This document shows, in pieces, positions 39,560 through 50,031 of a stretch of DNA of 64,000 nucleotides. The notes under the pieces are model-generated. The model did not search any database. It worked only from the letters and a program-made list of their open reading frames with translations, and had not been told where the DNA came from. The DNA is from Endomicrobiales bacterium (GTDB taxonomy: Bacteria; Elusimicrobiota; Endomicrobiia; Endomicrobiales; JALOBY01). A program made the translations under genes and the position numbers. The stretch's first letter is position 1; the number at the start of each line of letters is the position of its first letter. The stretch lies in contig CAWCNJ010000008.1 in the NCBI GenBank assembly GCA_963796955.1, positions 160,001 through 224,000 of the forward strand, read 5' to 3'.

Positions 39560-41484
39560 GATCGCACGAACGGCTGCACCCTCTCATGGTTTTATTCTTT
39601 GCGGTCTCCTGCCTGTTCCTGCCCCAAATAGTGACCGGCAAAAGCTATTTTATCCGGGACGTCACCTATATTTTCCAGCCGTGGAGAGCTCTTGCCGCTC
39701 AGGCACTGCAGGCCGGCCAGTTCCCTTTGTGGAACCACCAGGTATATTGCGGCATGCCTTTCGCCGGGAACTGGCAGTCGGCGGTGTTCTATCCTTTTTC
39801 CATTCTTTTCCACCTGCTGCCTTTTTCGTCGGCGCTTCCGCTTTTTCAAGCATCGCAAATGTTCCTTGCGGGTTTTTTCGCCTTTTTGTTTTTCCGGCAT
39901 ATCGGTTTGAACAAATTCGCTTCGGGCACGGGGATGGCGGTTTTTGCCTTCGGCGGTTACCTGTTCATGCACTTGGAATTTTTGAGCCACTCAGGCGCGA
40001 CGACGTGGCTCTTCGCGCTTTTGCTGCTTTCTTCCACCTGGTGGGCCCTTGCGTTCGCATCGGCGCTGTGCCTGCTTGCAGGACATCCGGTCTCTATTCT
40101 GTGTCTCGCGGTTGGGGGGTGCTTTGTTTTCACCGCTAAAAAATCAACGATCATTGAAAGGGCCGGGTTCTTCACACTGGCAATGATGGTCTCTCTGCTC
40201 ATCGCAGCCGTTCAGGTGCTGCCTGTGCTCGATCTGGCTCAGCATAGTGCGCGGGTTATCGCAGGCCTGCTCAGGCCGGATGCAGTGGCGTACGCACTAA
40301 CCCTGCGCGGATTGGCGACCATTATCTCACCCTACTTACAAGATTCAAGCGTACCCCGGGTTTTCGGCGAAATGTTTTCGTGGGCTGACACGGTTACCAT
40401 AGGAGTTATAGGGTCGATACTTTCTATTTTAGGCGTTGTTTACGGATCCAGCCGAAAAGGCCGCAATGCGAAACCGGTCATTCTATTCGCGCTCGTTCTT
40501 ACAACCGCAGGAATTATATTAGGTATGGGCCGGGCAACACCTGTTTTTCCGTTGCTGAACGCATCTATGCCGGGAATAAATTTGTTGCGCTACCCCTCTC
40601 AGTATTTCCTGTTAGCCTGCACCGGCCTGGCAATTCTTGCCGGCATCGGTGCCGCCGCCATGCGGGCGGGGGCAGCCGTGATGCTGCTGGTAACCTGCGA
40701 GCTACTGCTTTCTTTTTGCATGTTCCAACCCATGACGGATAGCGATTACTTCAGGAACAAATCACAGTCAGCTGCGTTTTTACAGGCCCGGACAGGTTAC
40801 GATAGATACATCCTGAGCCCGGGGACACAATCAAATCATGAGATGAAATTTTTATCAGATACAGCTCAAACATGGCAACAGCGCCGCTCGTATTTGACTG
40901 GGCTCAGCAGTATACCGTATCGATTACACAATGCGTATGGTATGGGGGAACCGCTGGTCCCGGCAAACGTCGAAAGACTTGTTGATCTTGCCTATACCGC
41001 TCAAACCCCGCAGGCCGCATGCGGTGTTTACCGGACCCTGGGCGTAAAATATCTGGTCTGTCGACAGCCGCTGACCGATGACACCGGGTATACTCTGCTG
41101 AATGATCACGAACCCTGGATGTATGAACTGAACGAAACTGAGGGTATCGAGGCCCTGGAGCCGGCGGATTCGGCCAGGCTCACGCTCAGGAATGAGAGTT
41201 TTACCGGTGTTGCCTATGACTTTACGGCGATCGCTCCTGCGCTCGTTACGGTGCGCATCCCGGCTCTGCCCGGCTGGCAGTTGTACATTTCCGGCACACG
41301 CAGGCCGTTGGAGATCACCGGCGACAATTTTATGCGTTTCGCGGTCTTCCCCGGCATAACAAAAGCCTGGCTGCGCTATGAACCGGCCTCGTTCGCGCTT
41401 GGTTTATGGATAACACTTTTTACGATCCTTACGCTGTGCGCCATGGCTTTCAGGCAGCTCAGAAAGGGGGATATCCCTGCGTAA
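39556..41484 (+). CDS. YfhO-like GT-C membrane glycosyltransferase
   Basis: RD...P, FPLWNHQVYCGMPFAGNWQSAVFYP, LRYPSQY, C-terminal PGW...YEP+TM. Confidence 0.75.
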   Translation: MRSHERLHPLMVLFFAVSCLFLPQIVTGKSYFIRDVTYIFQPWRALAAQALQAGQFPLWNHQVYCGMPFAGNWQSAVFYPFSILFHLLPFSSALPLFQASQMFLAGFFAFLFFRHIGLNKFASGTGMAVFAFGGYLFMHLEFLSHSGATTWLFALLLLSSTWWALAFASALCLLAGHPVSILCLAVGGCFVFTAKKSTIIERAGFFTLAMMVSLLIAAVQVLPVLDLAQHSARVIAGLLRPDAVAYALTLRGLATIISPYLQDSSVPRVFGEMFSWADTVTIGVIGSILSILGVVYGSSRKGRNAKPVILFALVLTTAGIILGMGRATPVFPLLNASMPGINLLRYPSQYFLLACTGLAILAGIGAAAMRAGAAVMLLVTCELLLSFCMFQPMTDSDYFRNKSQSAAFLQARTGYDRYILSPGTQSNHEMKFLSDTAQTWQQRRSYLTGLSSIPYRLHNAYGMGEPLVPANVERLVDLAYTAQTPQAACGVYRTLGVKYLVCRQPLTDDTGYTLLNDHEPWMYELNETEGIEALEPADSARLTLRNESFTGVAYDFTAIAPALVTVRIPALPGWQLYISGTRRPLEITGDNFMRFAVFPGITKAWLRYEPASFALGLWITLFTILTLCAMAFRQLRKGDIPA

Positions 41485-43486
41485 ATTCCTGATCCTGTTA
41501 ACCGGCCTGGTCGTGATCTTGCTGGCGCCCGCTCTCTTTCACCCTTCGTTGGTCATCGGCAATTACGGGGATCTTTTCCTGCATTATTACCCGTTAAAAC
41601 ATCTGGTCGCCGAACATATTATCACGGGCAGCATGCCCTTGTGGAACCCGTACATTTTTGCCGGTCAGCCGCTTCTCGCAAACCCGCAATCGGCAGTGTT
41701 CTATCCAATCACTATTCTCTTCAATTTTCTGCCGCTGCACTACGCCTTCACTGTTTTTTTCGCTCTGCATATGTGGCTGGCGGGCTTTTTCTGCTGGTTG
41801 ACACTCCGGTCTCTCCGGTGTTCTAACGGTGCTGCCGCCGCCGGTTCCATCGCGTTTGCGTTCTCGTCCTTTATGCTCTATAAGATCCCTGCGGGTCATC
41901 CCGTCGCGCTTTCCGGATTCGCCTGGCTGGCCGCTGCATTGCTGGCGGTGGAAGCGCTGAACGACATGGTCAGCGACACATGGGAAGGCGTGCATATTCT
42001 GCCGGTCTCATTCGCCTCATTAGTGTTCGCGGCGATATTCCTTTCGGGGCATTTGCAGCCGGTGGCCTCTTCCGTGGTTGTCGTAGTATTGCATCTGACG
42101 TGGCGCAGATTTGCTTACTGGAAGGAATTATCGATCGCCGTTCTTGCTTCGATGTTTATGTGCTGTTGCCAGTTACTGCCGACCCTTGAGCTTTCCCGTG
42201 TCGCCGAGAAGGGAAACTGGCCGCAATTAGTTAAAAGCTATTCCCTTGCCCCCCGTAATCTGATCAATATTTTGTTCCCGGATTTTTTTGGCAACATCCG
42301 CAGCGGAAGTTATATGTACCCGGATAAACCTTCATTTTTCTTTGAGTTACACGGCCTGTATTGCGGGGTTATTACCGCGCTGCTGGCGCTGACAGGCTTT
42401 TGGCGTACGGCACGTGCGCGGCGGCTTTTTCCGGCACTGCTCATAACGGCGGCCGTCTTTCTTTCGCTGGGGTTCTATAACCCTGTCTACAAGTATTTGT
42501 ATACTGTGCTGCCGGGCCTTGATTTTCTGAGGGTCCCGGCGCGTTTCTGGGTGGTAGCATTGCTCGGCATCGTTCTTCTGGCGGCAGCAGGATGGGATCG
42601 CTCGCTTAAGGAAGCCGCCGGCTCATACAAGATCCTTGTCATAGTATTACTTTCGGCTGAACTCCTTGGCTGGGGGCACCGGTTCATTTTCGCCGACCAC
42701 AGCGGAAAATATCGCAAACAAAGCGATCTCACCGTGCAAACCGGCCCGCGGTACCGCATTTTCACCGGTCCGGACATCCCGGCAGATCGTTCAATGGTGT
42801 ATCACCATTATAATCTGAACGGCTATGAGGCGGTCTTCCTCAGCAATTTCATCAGGTATCTGGGCGAACATCAACAGCATGTTTTCAATACTACCGGCAT
42901 TGAACAGCTTGATCTGGCCGATCCGCTGAACGCATCTTTTTGCGTTAAGTACGCGATACAGCCTTCGCCGTCCGGCAGTAACGAGATACTTGAACAGGCA
43001 AACATTTTGCCTCGTATATTTATAGCGAAAACCATCAAGCCTTTCGACGTAGAAGACCGTTTTGAAATTCCCGTGTATCTTCGCTCCTCCCGGCTGAGAG
43101 CGGATCAGGAGATCGCGGTCAGCGGGGTTCCCGCCGGTTTCCCGCCGGATGCGGGCTCATGGCAGGTACATTCATTTTCTGCTCAGAGCTGCTTATTGTC
43201 CGTAGAATTGGATCTTTCAAAACCCGCGGCCCTCGTTATTGCCGACACCTATTATCCGGGATGGCGCGCCTGGGCGGCCGGCACGCACTATCCGGTGAGA
43301 CAGGCCAATATGGCGTTACGGTGCGTTTTTTTACCCGCGGGTAGTTACAACAACGGTGATAAATTGCTATTATATTATCTGCCCCCGACCCATCAACTCG
43401 GCGTTATCGTTTCATTATTGTTTTTGCTGGCGTTGCTCGCAACAACTTTCGTGCTATTGAAAAGGAGAAACACCGCATTGCTATGA
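41477..43486 (+). CDS. YfhO-like GT-C membrane glycosyltransferase (probable CTG start; ORF track start 41513)
   Basis: GD...YP, MPLWNPYIFAGQPLLANPQSAVFYP, LRVPARF, DTYYPGW, YLP+TM. Confidence 0.75.
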   Translation: MRKFLILLTGLVVILLAPALFHPSLVIGNYGDLFLHYYPLKHLVAEHIITGSMPLWNPYIFAGQPLLANPQSAVFYPITILFNFLPLHYAFTVFFALHMWLAGFFCWLTLRSLRCSNGAAAAGSIAFAFSSFMLYKIPAGHPVALSGFAWLAAALLAVEALNDMVSDTWEGVHILPVSFASLVFAAIFLSGHLQPVASSVVVVVLHLTWRRFAYWKELSIAVLASMFMCCCQLLPTLELSRVAEKGNWPQLVKSYSLAPRNLINILFPDFFGNIRSGSYMYPDKPSFFFELHGLYCGVITALLALTGFWRTARARRLFPALLITAAVFLSLGFYNPVYKYLYTVLPGLDFLRVPARFWVVALLGIVLLAAAGWDRSLKEAAGSYKILVIVLLSAELLGWGHRFIFADHSGKYRKQSDLTVQTGPRYRIFTGPDIPADRSMVYHHYNLNGYEAVFLSNFIRYLGEHQQHVFNTTGIEQLDLADPLNASFCVKYAIQPSPSGSNEILEQANILPRIFIAKTIKPFDVEDRFEIPVYLRSSRLRADQEIAVSGVPAGFPPDAGSWQVHSFSAQSCLLSVELDLSKPAALVIADTYYPGWRAWAAGTHYPVRQANMALRCVFLPAGSYNNGDKLLLYYLPPTHQLGVIVSLLFLLALLATTFVLLKRRNTALL

Positions 43487-44463
43487 AAAAAAAGAATATC
43501 CAGTTGGCAGTCGGGCTGCTTATCGGCGGCATATTTATGTATATGACGCTGCGGCAGGTTGATTTCCACAATGTGGCGCATTACATTTCTCAGGCGAACT
43601 GGGGCTGGGCCGTCGCCGGCGCGTTTGTGTATTGTTCCGCCTTTCTGCTGCGCGCGGTCCGCTGGCAGCATCTTCTGGAACCGATCAAACCGATCGAGTT
43701 CAAAAAGTCCTTCGCGTACCTGATACTCGGTTATTTCATGAACAACGTGCTGCCCCTCAGGATGGGCGAGTTCCTGAGAGCCTTTTTTACCGGGACCAAG
43801 CTGGGTATCTCGCGCACCGGTGTTTTCGCGACCATCGTCGTTGAGCGCATTTTTGACGGCGTTGCCTATATCTGCCTGTTCCTGCTGACGGTGCTCATAC
43901 TGCCGTTCCCTCAATGGGCGCGCGGCTCGCTGATCGGCGGCTCGATATTGTTTTTCGGTGTGCTTACGATCCTGATATTGTTATCTCATCATCAGGAAAA
44001 GGTGATGAAACTGTACGCGTACATACCGGTACCCGCAAAAATAAAACCCCGCTTAGAGAAGATACTGAATAATTTTATTACCGGACTTTCGATACTCACC
44101 GACTGGAAAATGCTTTTGTTGGTGATAGTTGTTTCCATAGCCGTCTGGGCGATAGAAGGAACAGTGTTCTATATGTTCAGTCACGCCTTCCACTTAACCC
44201 TGAGTATCTTTCAGTGTTTTTTAGTTATGATCGTTATCGGCCTGGGCTGTATGCTGCCGCCGGCGCCGGGTTTCGTCGGGACCGTCGAATTCCTGGGCGT
44301 TACCTCTCTCTCCTTCATGGGAATTAACAAGAACCAGGCATTCGGATACATACTGGTGCTCCATTTCACACAGCTGCTTGCTATCTCGGTGCTGGGCGTG
44401 CGCACTTTGATAGTTGAAAAGATATCTTTTGGTTCGCTGCTGCAGGCGGGCAGCCAGGAGTAG
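43483..44463 (+). CDS. LPG_synthase_TM / UPF0104 flippase-like membrane protein
   Basis: RAVRW, GYFMNNVLPLRMGE, VVERIFD, PPAPGFVGTVE. Confidence 0.85.
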   Translation: MKKKNIQLAVGLLIGGIFMYMTLRQVDFHNVAHYISQANWGWAVAGAFVYCSAFLLRAVRWQHLLEPIKPIEFKKSFAYLILGYFMNNVLPLRMGEFLRAFFTGTKLGISRTGVFATIVVERIFDGVAYICLFLLTVLILPFPQWARGSLIGGSILFFGVLTILILLSHHQEKVMKLYAYIPVPAKIKPRLEKILNNFITGLSILTDWKMLLLVIVVSIAVWAIEGTVFYMFSHAFHLTLSIFQCFLVMIVIGLGCMLPPAPGFVGTVEFLGVTSLSFMGINKNQAFGYILVLHFTQLLAISVLGVRTLIVEKISFGSLLQAGSQE

Positions 44464-44464
44464 C

Positions 44465-45622
44465 ATGCAAAAAAAACAGGCAGTCGTTATGCTTTCGGGC
44501 CGTTTTTATCCGGTGTACGGCGGCGCGGAGCAGCAATGCCTGCGGCTCTCGAAAGAACTCATTAGATCCGGCCATGAAGCACTGGTACTTACCCCTTCCC
44601 TGCCCAACACCGCCCGCTCCGAGATCCTGGAATCCGTACCTGTGCACCGCGTCGGCCTGAAGGTACCCGGCCTTTTGGGTTCGCTTGCGTATGTGGTCTC
44701 CGGACTGCTTTGGCTGGTACGCAACAAAGATCGCTACACTGTCATTCACGCCCATCTGGCTTCTTCAACCGCTGTCCTCGCGGCCATAGCCTCATATATC
44801 ACCGGCAAACCGGCTATCGTTAAATTTGCCGGCGGGCGTGCAACAGGTGATATAGCAACCTCTTGCGCGACCTGGTATGGCACGCTCAAACTCAAGTTCC
44901 TTTCACGATATATTTCCGCCTTTGTCTGTCCAAATAAAGAGATCTTCCAGGAATTGACACGACATGGTTTTCCGGCCCAACGCATTTCAATAATCCCGAA
45001 CGGAATAGACACGAACGAGTATGGCCCCATCAGTACGGAAGAACGTCTAGCGTTCCGCAGGGAACTCTCTTTAGGCAATGCCGCATTTGTCACGGTTTTT
45101 GTCGGTAGGCTTGAGGCAGGTAAGGGAGTGGAGCAGCTTATTGATGCGTGGAAGCTTTTCAACAAGCCTGAAGCCGTGCTGTTGATCGTAGGCACGGGAA
45201 GTCGTAAGGAACAGCTTAAGGAAAGGGCGGGGGGAACATCCGGCATAACATTCGCCGGCTGGACGCAGCGCACGACCGCGTATCTGTCTGCGGCCGATTG
45301 TTTTGTCCTGCCTTCCTTCGGAGAAGGACTGCCGAATTCTCTTATCGAAGCTATGTCGCGGGGCATTGCGTGTATCGGCAGCGACATCGGGGGAATAAAC
45401 GAATTGTTAACTGACAAGGCCAACGGACTTCTGGTGAAACCAGGGGATGTTGCGGCTCTGGCGGAAGCTATTGCGGTCATTGAAAAAGACCCCGCGTACG
45501 CCTTAAAGCTCGGCGCTGCGGCGCGCGAGTACGTCTGTGCACATCTTTCTATCGGTATTATCGCGGGGAAATATCTGGAACTGTACAACGGGGTTTGCGG
45601 ACAACGAGGGACAACGGCTTAA
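44465..45622 (+). CDS. Glycosyltransferase family 4
   Basis: GGAE, IPNGID, FVGRL...KG, EGLPNSLIEA (EX7E). Confidence 0.9.
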   Translation: MQKKQAVVMLSGRFYPVYGGAEQQCLRLSKELIRSGHEALVLTPSLPNTARSEILESVPVHRVGLKVPGLLGSLAYVVSGLLWLVRNKDRYTVIHAHLASSTAVLAAIASYITGKPAIVKFAGGRATGDIATSCATWYGTLKLKFLSRYISAFVCPNKEIFQELTRHGFPAQRISIIPNGIDTNEYGPISTEERLAFRRELSLGNAAFVTVFVGRLEAGKGVEQLIDAWKLFNKPEAVLLIVGTGSRKEQLKERAGGTSGITFAGWTQRTTAYLSAADCFVLPSFGEGLPNSLIEAMSRGIACIGSDIGGINELLTDKANGLLVKPGDVAALAEAIAVIEKDPAYALKLGAAAREYVCAHLSIGIIAGKYLELYNGVCGQRGTTA

Positions 45623-46707
45623 CGCAGGATATCCTGATACTCACGTACCATCTGCCCGACATCAAACTTTTGCAGCACATTTTCATACGCATTTCGCGAC
45701 AGTTCCTGTGCAAGAGCTGTGTCTGCTAATATTCTCATTATCCCGGCGCCTACCGCCTCTTTTGTAAACTCCTTAATAAGCAACCCGGTTTTTCCGTCGA
45801 TAACGATCTCCCTTGTCCCGCCCGGACAATCAACCGCTACCACAGGAACTTTGCAGGCCATTGCTTCCGGTATGACCAGAGGCAGCCCCTCATATATAGA
45901 GGTCATCGCAAAAACCTTCGCCTGCTGAACCCAGGGGAACGGGTTATCCATAAAACCGGTGATCGTCATTCTTACGCTGCGTTCCGCGGCATAGCGTTCA
46001 AGTTCTTTACGATCAGGGCCGTCTCCCACCAAGACAAGAGGGATGTCCAGGCCTTTGTTTTGCCGTATATATGCCACGGAATCTATCAACAGGCTAAAAT
46101 TCTTCTGCTTTTGCAATCTGCCGCAGGATACAATGTAGTCTTTAAGAGGCACCTGATACTCGTCCGCCTTTTTAGCCACCCAGCGCACATCACTGCTGTT
46201 ATAAATTACTTTTATTTGTTCTTCCGTCAGACCAAACTCACTTATCAATCCGTCTTTAACTGCCTTGGATACGGCGATCACCGACTTAGCTTTTGGATAC
46301 AGCATGCGCATAATGAACTTGCGAAGCCGGTGGAAAGAATGCAACTCTACATGTTCGTTCGTGATGACCTGCTCGCAGATAATGGTTTCCTGTTTTGTGA
46401 ACATCCCGGCGGCAAGGGCTATCGTATTCATGCCCCACATGACGGCCAATACCATATCAGGTTTAACGCGCCTGATCAGGGACACCAGCTTGAAAAAAAG
46501 GAATAGCGAGGCGGGGCGAAGGGGGGTACGGATAGCATGAACAGGGATATCGGCAGCGATCAGCCCCGACGCGCTGTCCGCAGGATCAACAACGCATAGG
46601 ACCGGCTCAAAACGTTCACGGTCCAGGTTATTAAGGATATAGCGTATCGTCCGCTCGGCCCCGCCGCCGGAAATACAGTAGGTGAAAAACAATACTTTCT
46701 TTTTCAT
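45619..46707 (-). CDS. Glycosyltransferase family 4
   Basis: GGAER, CGRLQKQKN, EGLPLVIPEAM, DCPGG; ATG 46707 overlaps the upstream TGA. Confidence 0.9.
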   Translation of the reverse strand: MKKKVLFFTYCISGGGAERTIRYILNNLDRERFEPVLCVVDPADSASGLIAADIPVHAIRTPLRPASLFLFFKLVSLIRRVKPDMVLAVMWGMNTIALAAGMFTKQETIICEQVITNEHVELHSFHRLRKFIMRMLYPKAKSVIAVSKAVKDGLISEFGLTEEQIKVIYNSSDVRWVAKKADEYQVPLKDYIVSCGRLQKQKNFSLLIDSVAYIRQNKGLDIPLVLVGDGPDRKELERYAAERSVRMTITGFMDNPFPWVQQAKVFAMTSIYEGLPLVIPEAMACKVPVVAVDCPGGTREIVIDGKTGLLIKEFTKEAVGAGIMRILADTALAQELSRNAYENVLQKFDVGQMVREYQDILR

Positions 46708-47390
46708 TTCACTTTCTTTTGCACCACAAAAACAATGCATTCACCCGACCCGTGCGAACCCAGCCTGTTAAGAACACTTTTCAAGAACTCTATCGTCTTT
46801 CCTTTCCAGCTCAGGGTCGCATAATTGACCAGTTTCCTCGCATAGATCTTTAAGATATTGAAATGAGTTGAGAGGGTTCGCTGCAGTCCCGGCATATCGA
46901 AACTTTGAAGATGGCCCCAGCGGTGGAATGTGCATGCGCAGTGCGGGCAGACGGCTTGCTGTTCCGCCAACACCTCATTTGCAGGGACCGTTCCGATAAG
47001 TAATCCGTCTTTTGCCAGAACCCTGTCTATTTCCTGAAGGGTCTGGGTGAACGTCTCACTATCTAAGTGCTCGAATACCTCAGTTGCAACAACCGCGCCG
47101 AACATACCGTCGCTGAACGGCATTTTTTGTGAAAAGCCGACGACAGCTTTATCACCCATGGACAAACGGTCCCGTAAAGCTGCGATGCTTGCCTCGCCCG
47201 GATCAAGGGAATATATATCCACCCCGTTTTCTATGCATATAGCTTCCAGCAGGCCCGTACCGGCGCCGATATTCAGTACTTTTGAACCTTTCGGTAAAAG
47301 GGAAAACATGTGCCGCTGCCGGGCCATGGTCGTCGCAAATATCTCCGGCATCTCTGTTTGATAATATTCCCAGATATTTTTATGTTCCAT
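46704..47390 (-). CDS. Class I SAM-dependent methyltransferase
   Basis: VLNIGAGTG, MPFSDG, EVFEHL, RVLAKDG, CPHC. Confidence 0.85.
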   Translation of the reverse strand: MEHKNIWEYYQTEMPEIFATTMARQRHMFSLLPKGSKVLNIGAGTGLLEAICIENGVDIYSLDPGEASIAALRDRLSMGDKAVVGFSQKMPFSDGMFGAVVATEVFEHLDSETFTQTLQEIDRVLAKDGLLIGTVPANEVLAEQQAVCPHCACTFHRWGHLQSFDMPGLQRTLSTHFNILKIYARKLVNYATLSWKGKTIEFLKSVLNRLGSHGSGECIVFVVQKKVK

Positions 47391-48346
47391 TATGCCTCAG
47401 CAGCTGCACGCGGTGTTTTTCGCGCTATTATTTCCATCGAATCAAGGGTGTTGATATACAGGAATTTCTGCCCCAAATTCATCTTCGTTATCACCTTGTT
47501 CAGCAAGCCGCAGAGCGTTTTATTATAGTTGACCAGCCTGCTCAGCCAGTAGCCGTAGGTGAATATCCTGCCGAAGGATTTTACGAAGACCACTTCGAAA
47601 CCGGCGTCGTTGAGAAGTTTTTTCAGTGTCTCGGGAGTAAAATAATACAAGTGGGCGGCCCTGAGGCCCCACCATTTCCTGCCCAGCAACCGGGCGGAGA
47701 GACTATTCATGTTCGGGGTAACCATATAGACGATCCCGTCGTCCTTTAATATCTGGTGCACTTCCTTCAGTATTTCCTTCGGGTCCATCACGTGCTCTAT
47801 AAAATCTATCATGGTGATCACGTCAAAGGAGGCGCTCGCATAGTTCTTTTCATTCACACTGCAGCAGTCCACCGGCAGTTTTAAATTTTTGTTGGCATAC
47901 TCGACTGCCCACTTGGAAAGTTCAACGCCGGCCACATCGAAATTCAGCCGCGCCGCGTTCAGAAAGTAGCCGGTCGCGCAGCCGATATCCAGCAGCTTGC
48001 CGGATTTTTTGAATTTCTTGATCTTATCAAGGCAGAAGATAGCATTGATGCTGCGGCTGGAATCTTCTTCGCCGTATTCACGGTCCACGACCTGGCTGTA
48101 GGCCTGGTATATCTTATCCATCCTGGGGCGCGGGTTCGTGTAGACCAGGCCGCAACTGCTGCATTGCACTATCTGACCGTAGTTACCGTAACAATCCACT
48201 GAGGCCAGGTAATGGGACAGATCGATATCATCAACCTTGCCCGGGGCGCGAAACTTGATCGTGTAATCATTTTTACCGCACAAGTTGCAGCAGGTAGCCT
48301 CAGGGGAACTCACTATTTGCTTTTTTGTAGTTTCGTCATTGTTCAT
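47390..48346 (-). CDS. Class I SAM-dependent methyltransferase with N-terminal zinc-ribbon
   Basis: CNLCG...CSSCGLVYTNPRP, LLDIGCATG, DFIEH, HLYYF. Confidence 0.88.
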   Translation of the reverse strand: MNNDETTKKQIVSSPEATCCNLCGKNDYTIKFRAPGKVDDIDLSHYLASVDCYGNYGQIVQCSSCGLVYTNPRPRMDKIYQAYSQVVDREYGEEDSSRSINAIFCLDKIKKFKKSGKLLDIGCATGYFLNAARLNFDVAGVELSKWAVEYANKNLKLPVDCCSVNEKNYASASFDVITMIDFIEHVMDPKEILKEVHQILKDDGIVYMVTPNMNSLSARLLGRKWWGLRAAHLYYFTPETLKKLLNDAGFEVVFVKSFGRIFTYGYWLSRLVNYNKTLCGLLNKVITKMNLGQKFLYINTLDSMEIIARKTPRAAAEA

Positions 48347-49926
48347 TTTACGGTCCCTTTGTTGAAGTACTGTCTTAAAAAACCGGTCACATCGTTCATT
48401 TCCCGAAGGCCGGCGGCTTTTGCTAGAATAAAATAAATTATCGTCCCGGCCGCAGCTGATACAAAGATCCCGGCCAGCCGGTTGATGACAGGATTAATTA
48501 CTATGGTCAGGTTATGTAAGGCACTATACGCGTATTTCACCCCTGCCGCGGCGATAGCGGATATAAAAATAATGATCAGGATCTTATTGAAGGTTTCCCG
48601 GTAATTTATACCCAGTCCGTTTATCTCCAGCGACTTGATGAAGAGCACGGCGGAGATCAACATGACCACGGATGTGGACAGGGCGATACCCGCCACGGGG
48701 ACCGGCATAAGTTTAATGAACAGCAGGTTTAAAACAACATTACTGAGCACGCCCATCGCGATGATCCTGAAAAGCACCTTGACGTTGTTCAACGCCATCA
48801 GTACTTTGCCGAAAATAAGCACGATCGTGTAAAAGAACAACTGAAAGGAATAGCACATCAGTAATATCGCCGTCAGGTGAACGGCCTCCGGGCCAAAACT
48901 GCCTCTTTTGAACAACACTGTTATGAGAGGTTCGGCCAGGATAATGCATAAAAAGGTCAAAGGTATGAAGATAAGGGCCGTCGTATTTATGCTTCGGGCG
49001 ATAGATGCTTTAAGTTCGTCAAACGAACTGCGCGCGATCTGTTGTGAAAAATAAGGAAAAATAGCCGAAGCGATGGAGGTGGAGAACAACGCTATCGGTA
49101 CCTGTATAAGTTTGTCCGCGTAGCCAAGGGAAGCGATGCTTCCCGGGGATAAGTACGATGCCATGACCCTGTCGACAACGGTATTCAGTTGTATCGCGAT
49201 CAATGTCAGCAGCAGCATTCCCGCCGGGTAGAGCTGTTCCAGCAGTCCCGACGACCGGTAGTCAAAATTCCACTTAAATCTATAACCCGTCGCCGTGACC
49301 AGACTGCTGAGCAGGACCAACTGCAAAATGAGCCCTCCCAACATGCCGGCGGCCAGCGTTTGCACGCCGAACTTATTGGAGAAAAGGCCTACCACAAAAA
49401 TGATCGACACCGTTACCAGTATTTGTGAAAAGTTCGCAAGTACAAAACGTTCGTGTGAATTATAAATGCCGGTATAGATACCTACCAGACCGAGGGGGAT
49501 TATCGTAAAGCTCAGAACACGCAGGGCCTTGGTCGCCAGCACGGACGTGCCGGGCGGAAGACCGTGAAAGAACAAGGCGATTATGAACGGCGCGAGGCTG
49601 AAGATCAACAGCGAGGAGACCGACAATATAATGAACGCGAAGGTTAACGTCGCAGATGCGAGAGCGTCCGCCGACTGCGGATCTTGCAGCTTTTTCTTTA
49701 TGAAAACAGGTACGAAGATAGTGGCGAAGGTGGAGGTAAGAATGACCGCCGTGAAGTTGGGGATAACCAGCGCCGCGTAAAACGCGTCCATACCCGAAGA
49801 TATGCCGAATTTCGACGCCACTATGATCTCTTTCAAAAGGCTGAGCACAAGCCCGATGATGCTGGAGAAGATCAACACGGTCGTAGCCGATGCTATTTTG
49901 CGGTTCGTGCTCAAAAAATACCTCAT
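48343..49926 (-). CDS. murJ: MurJ/MviN-family (MOP) flippase, divergent
   Basis: IVASKFG...DAFYAA..IPN, QLNTVVDR, LGYADKL..VP, VLFKRGSF; about 14 TM segments. Confidence 0.75.
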   Translation of the reverse strand: MRYFLSTNRKIASATTVLIFSSIIGLVLSLLKEIIVASKFGISSGMDAFYAALVIPNFTAVILTSTFATIFVPVFIKKKLQDPQSADALASATLTFAFIILSVSSLLIFSLAPFIIALFFHGLPPGTSVLATKALRVLSFTIIPLGLVGIYTGIYNSHERFVLANFSQILVTVSIIFVVGLFSNKFGVQTLAAGMLGGLILQLVLLSSLVTATGYRFKWNFDYRSSGLLEQLYPAGMLLLTLIAIQLNTVVDRVMASYLSPGSIASLGYADKLIQVPIALFSTSIASAIFPYFSQQIARSSFDELKASIARSINTTALIFIPLTFLCIILAEPLITVLFKRGSFGPEAVHLTAILLMCYSFQLFFYTIVLIFGKVLMALNNVKVLFRIIAMGVLSNVVLNLLFIKLMPVPVAGIALSTSVVMLISAVLFIKSLEINGLGINYRETFNKILIIIFISAIAAAGVKYAYSALHNLTIVINPVINRLAGIFVSAAAGTIIYFILAKAAGLREMNDVTGFLRQYFNKGTVK

Positions 49927-49948
49927 ATGGTCAAGTATAATACGGCTA

Positions 49949-49977
49949 ATTATACTAATTTAGCTTCGTTTTTACAA
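49949..49977 (-). promoter_or_regulatory. Sigma70-type promoter for the minus-strand murJ-like cassette
   Basis: Minus strand TTGTAA (49977-72), 17 nt spacer, TATAAT (49954-49). Confidence 0.65.
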
Positions 49978-50002
49978 TTTGTCGCGGCGTATTTAAAGTT
50001 AA

Positions 50003-50031
50003 TTGATAATTGAATAAATACATGGTATAAT
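50003..50031 (+). promoter_or_regulatory. Sigma70-type promoter for the 50-64 kb operon
   Basis: TTGATA (50003-08), 17 nt spacer, TGg-TATAAT (50026-31). Confidence 0.75.
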
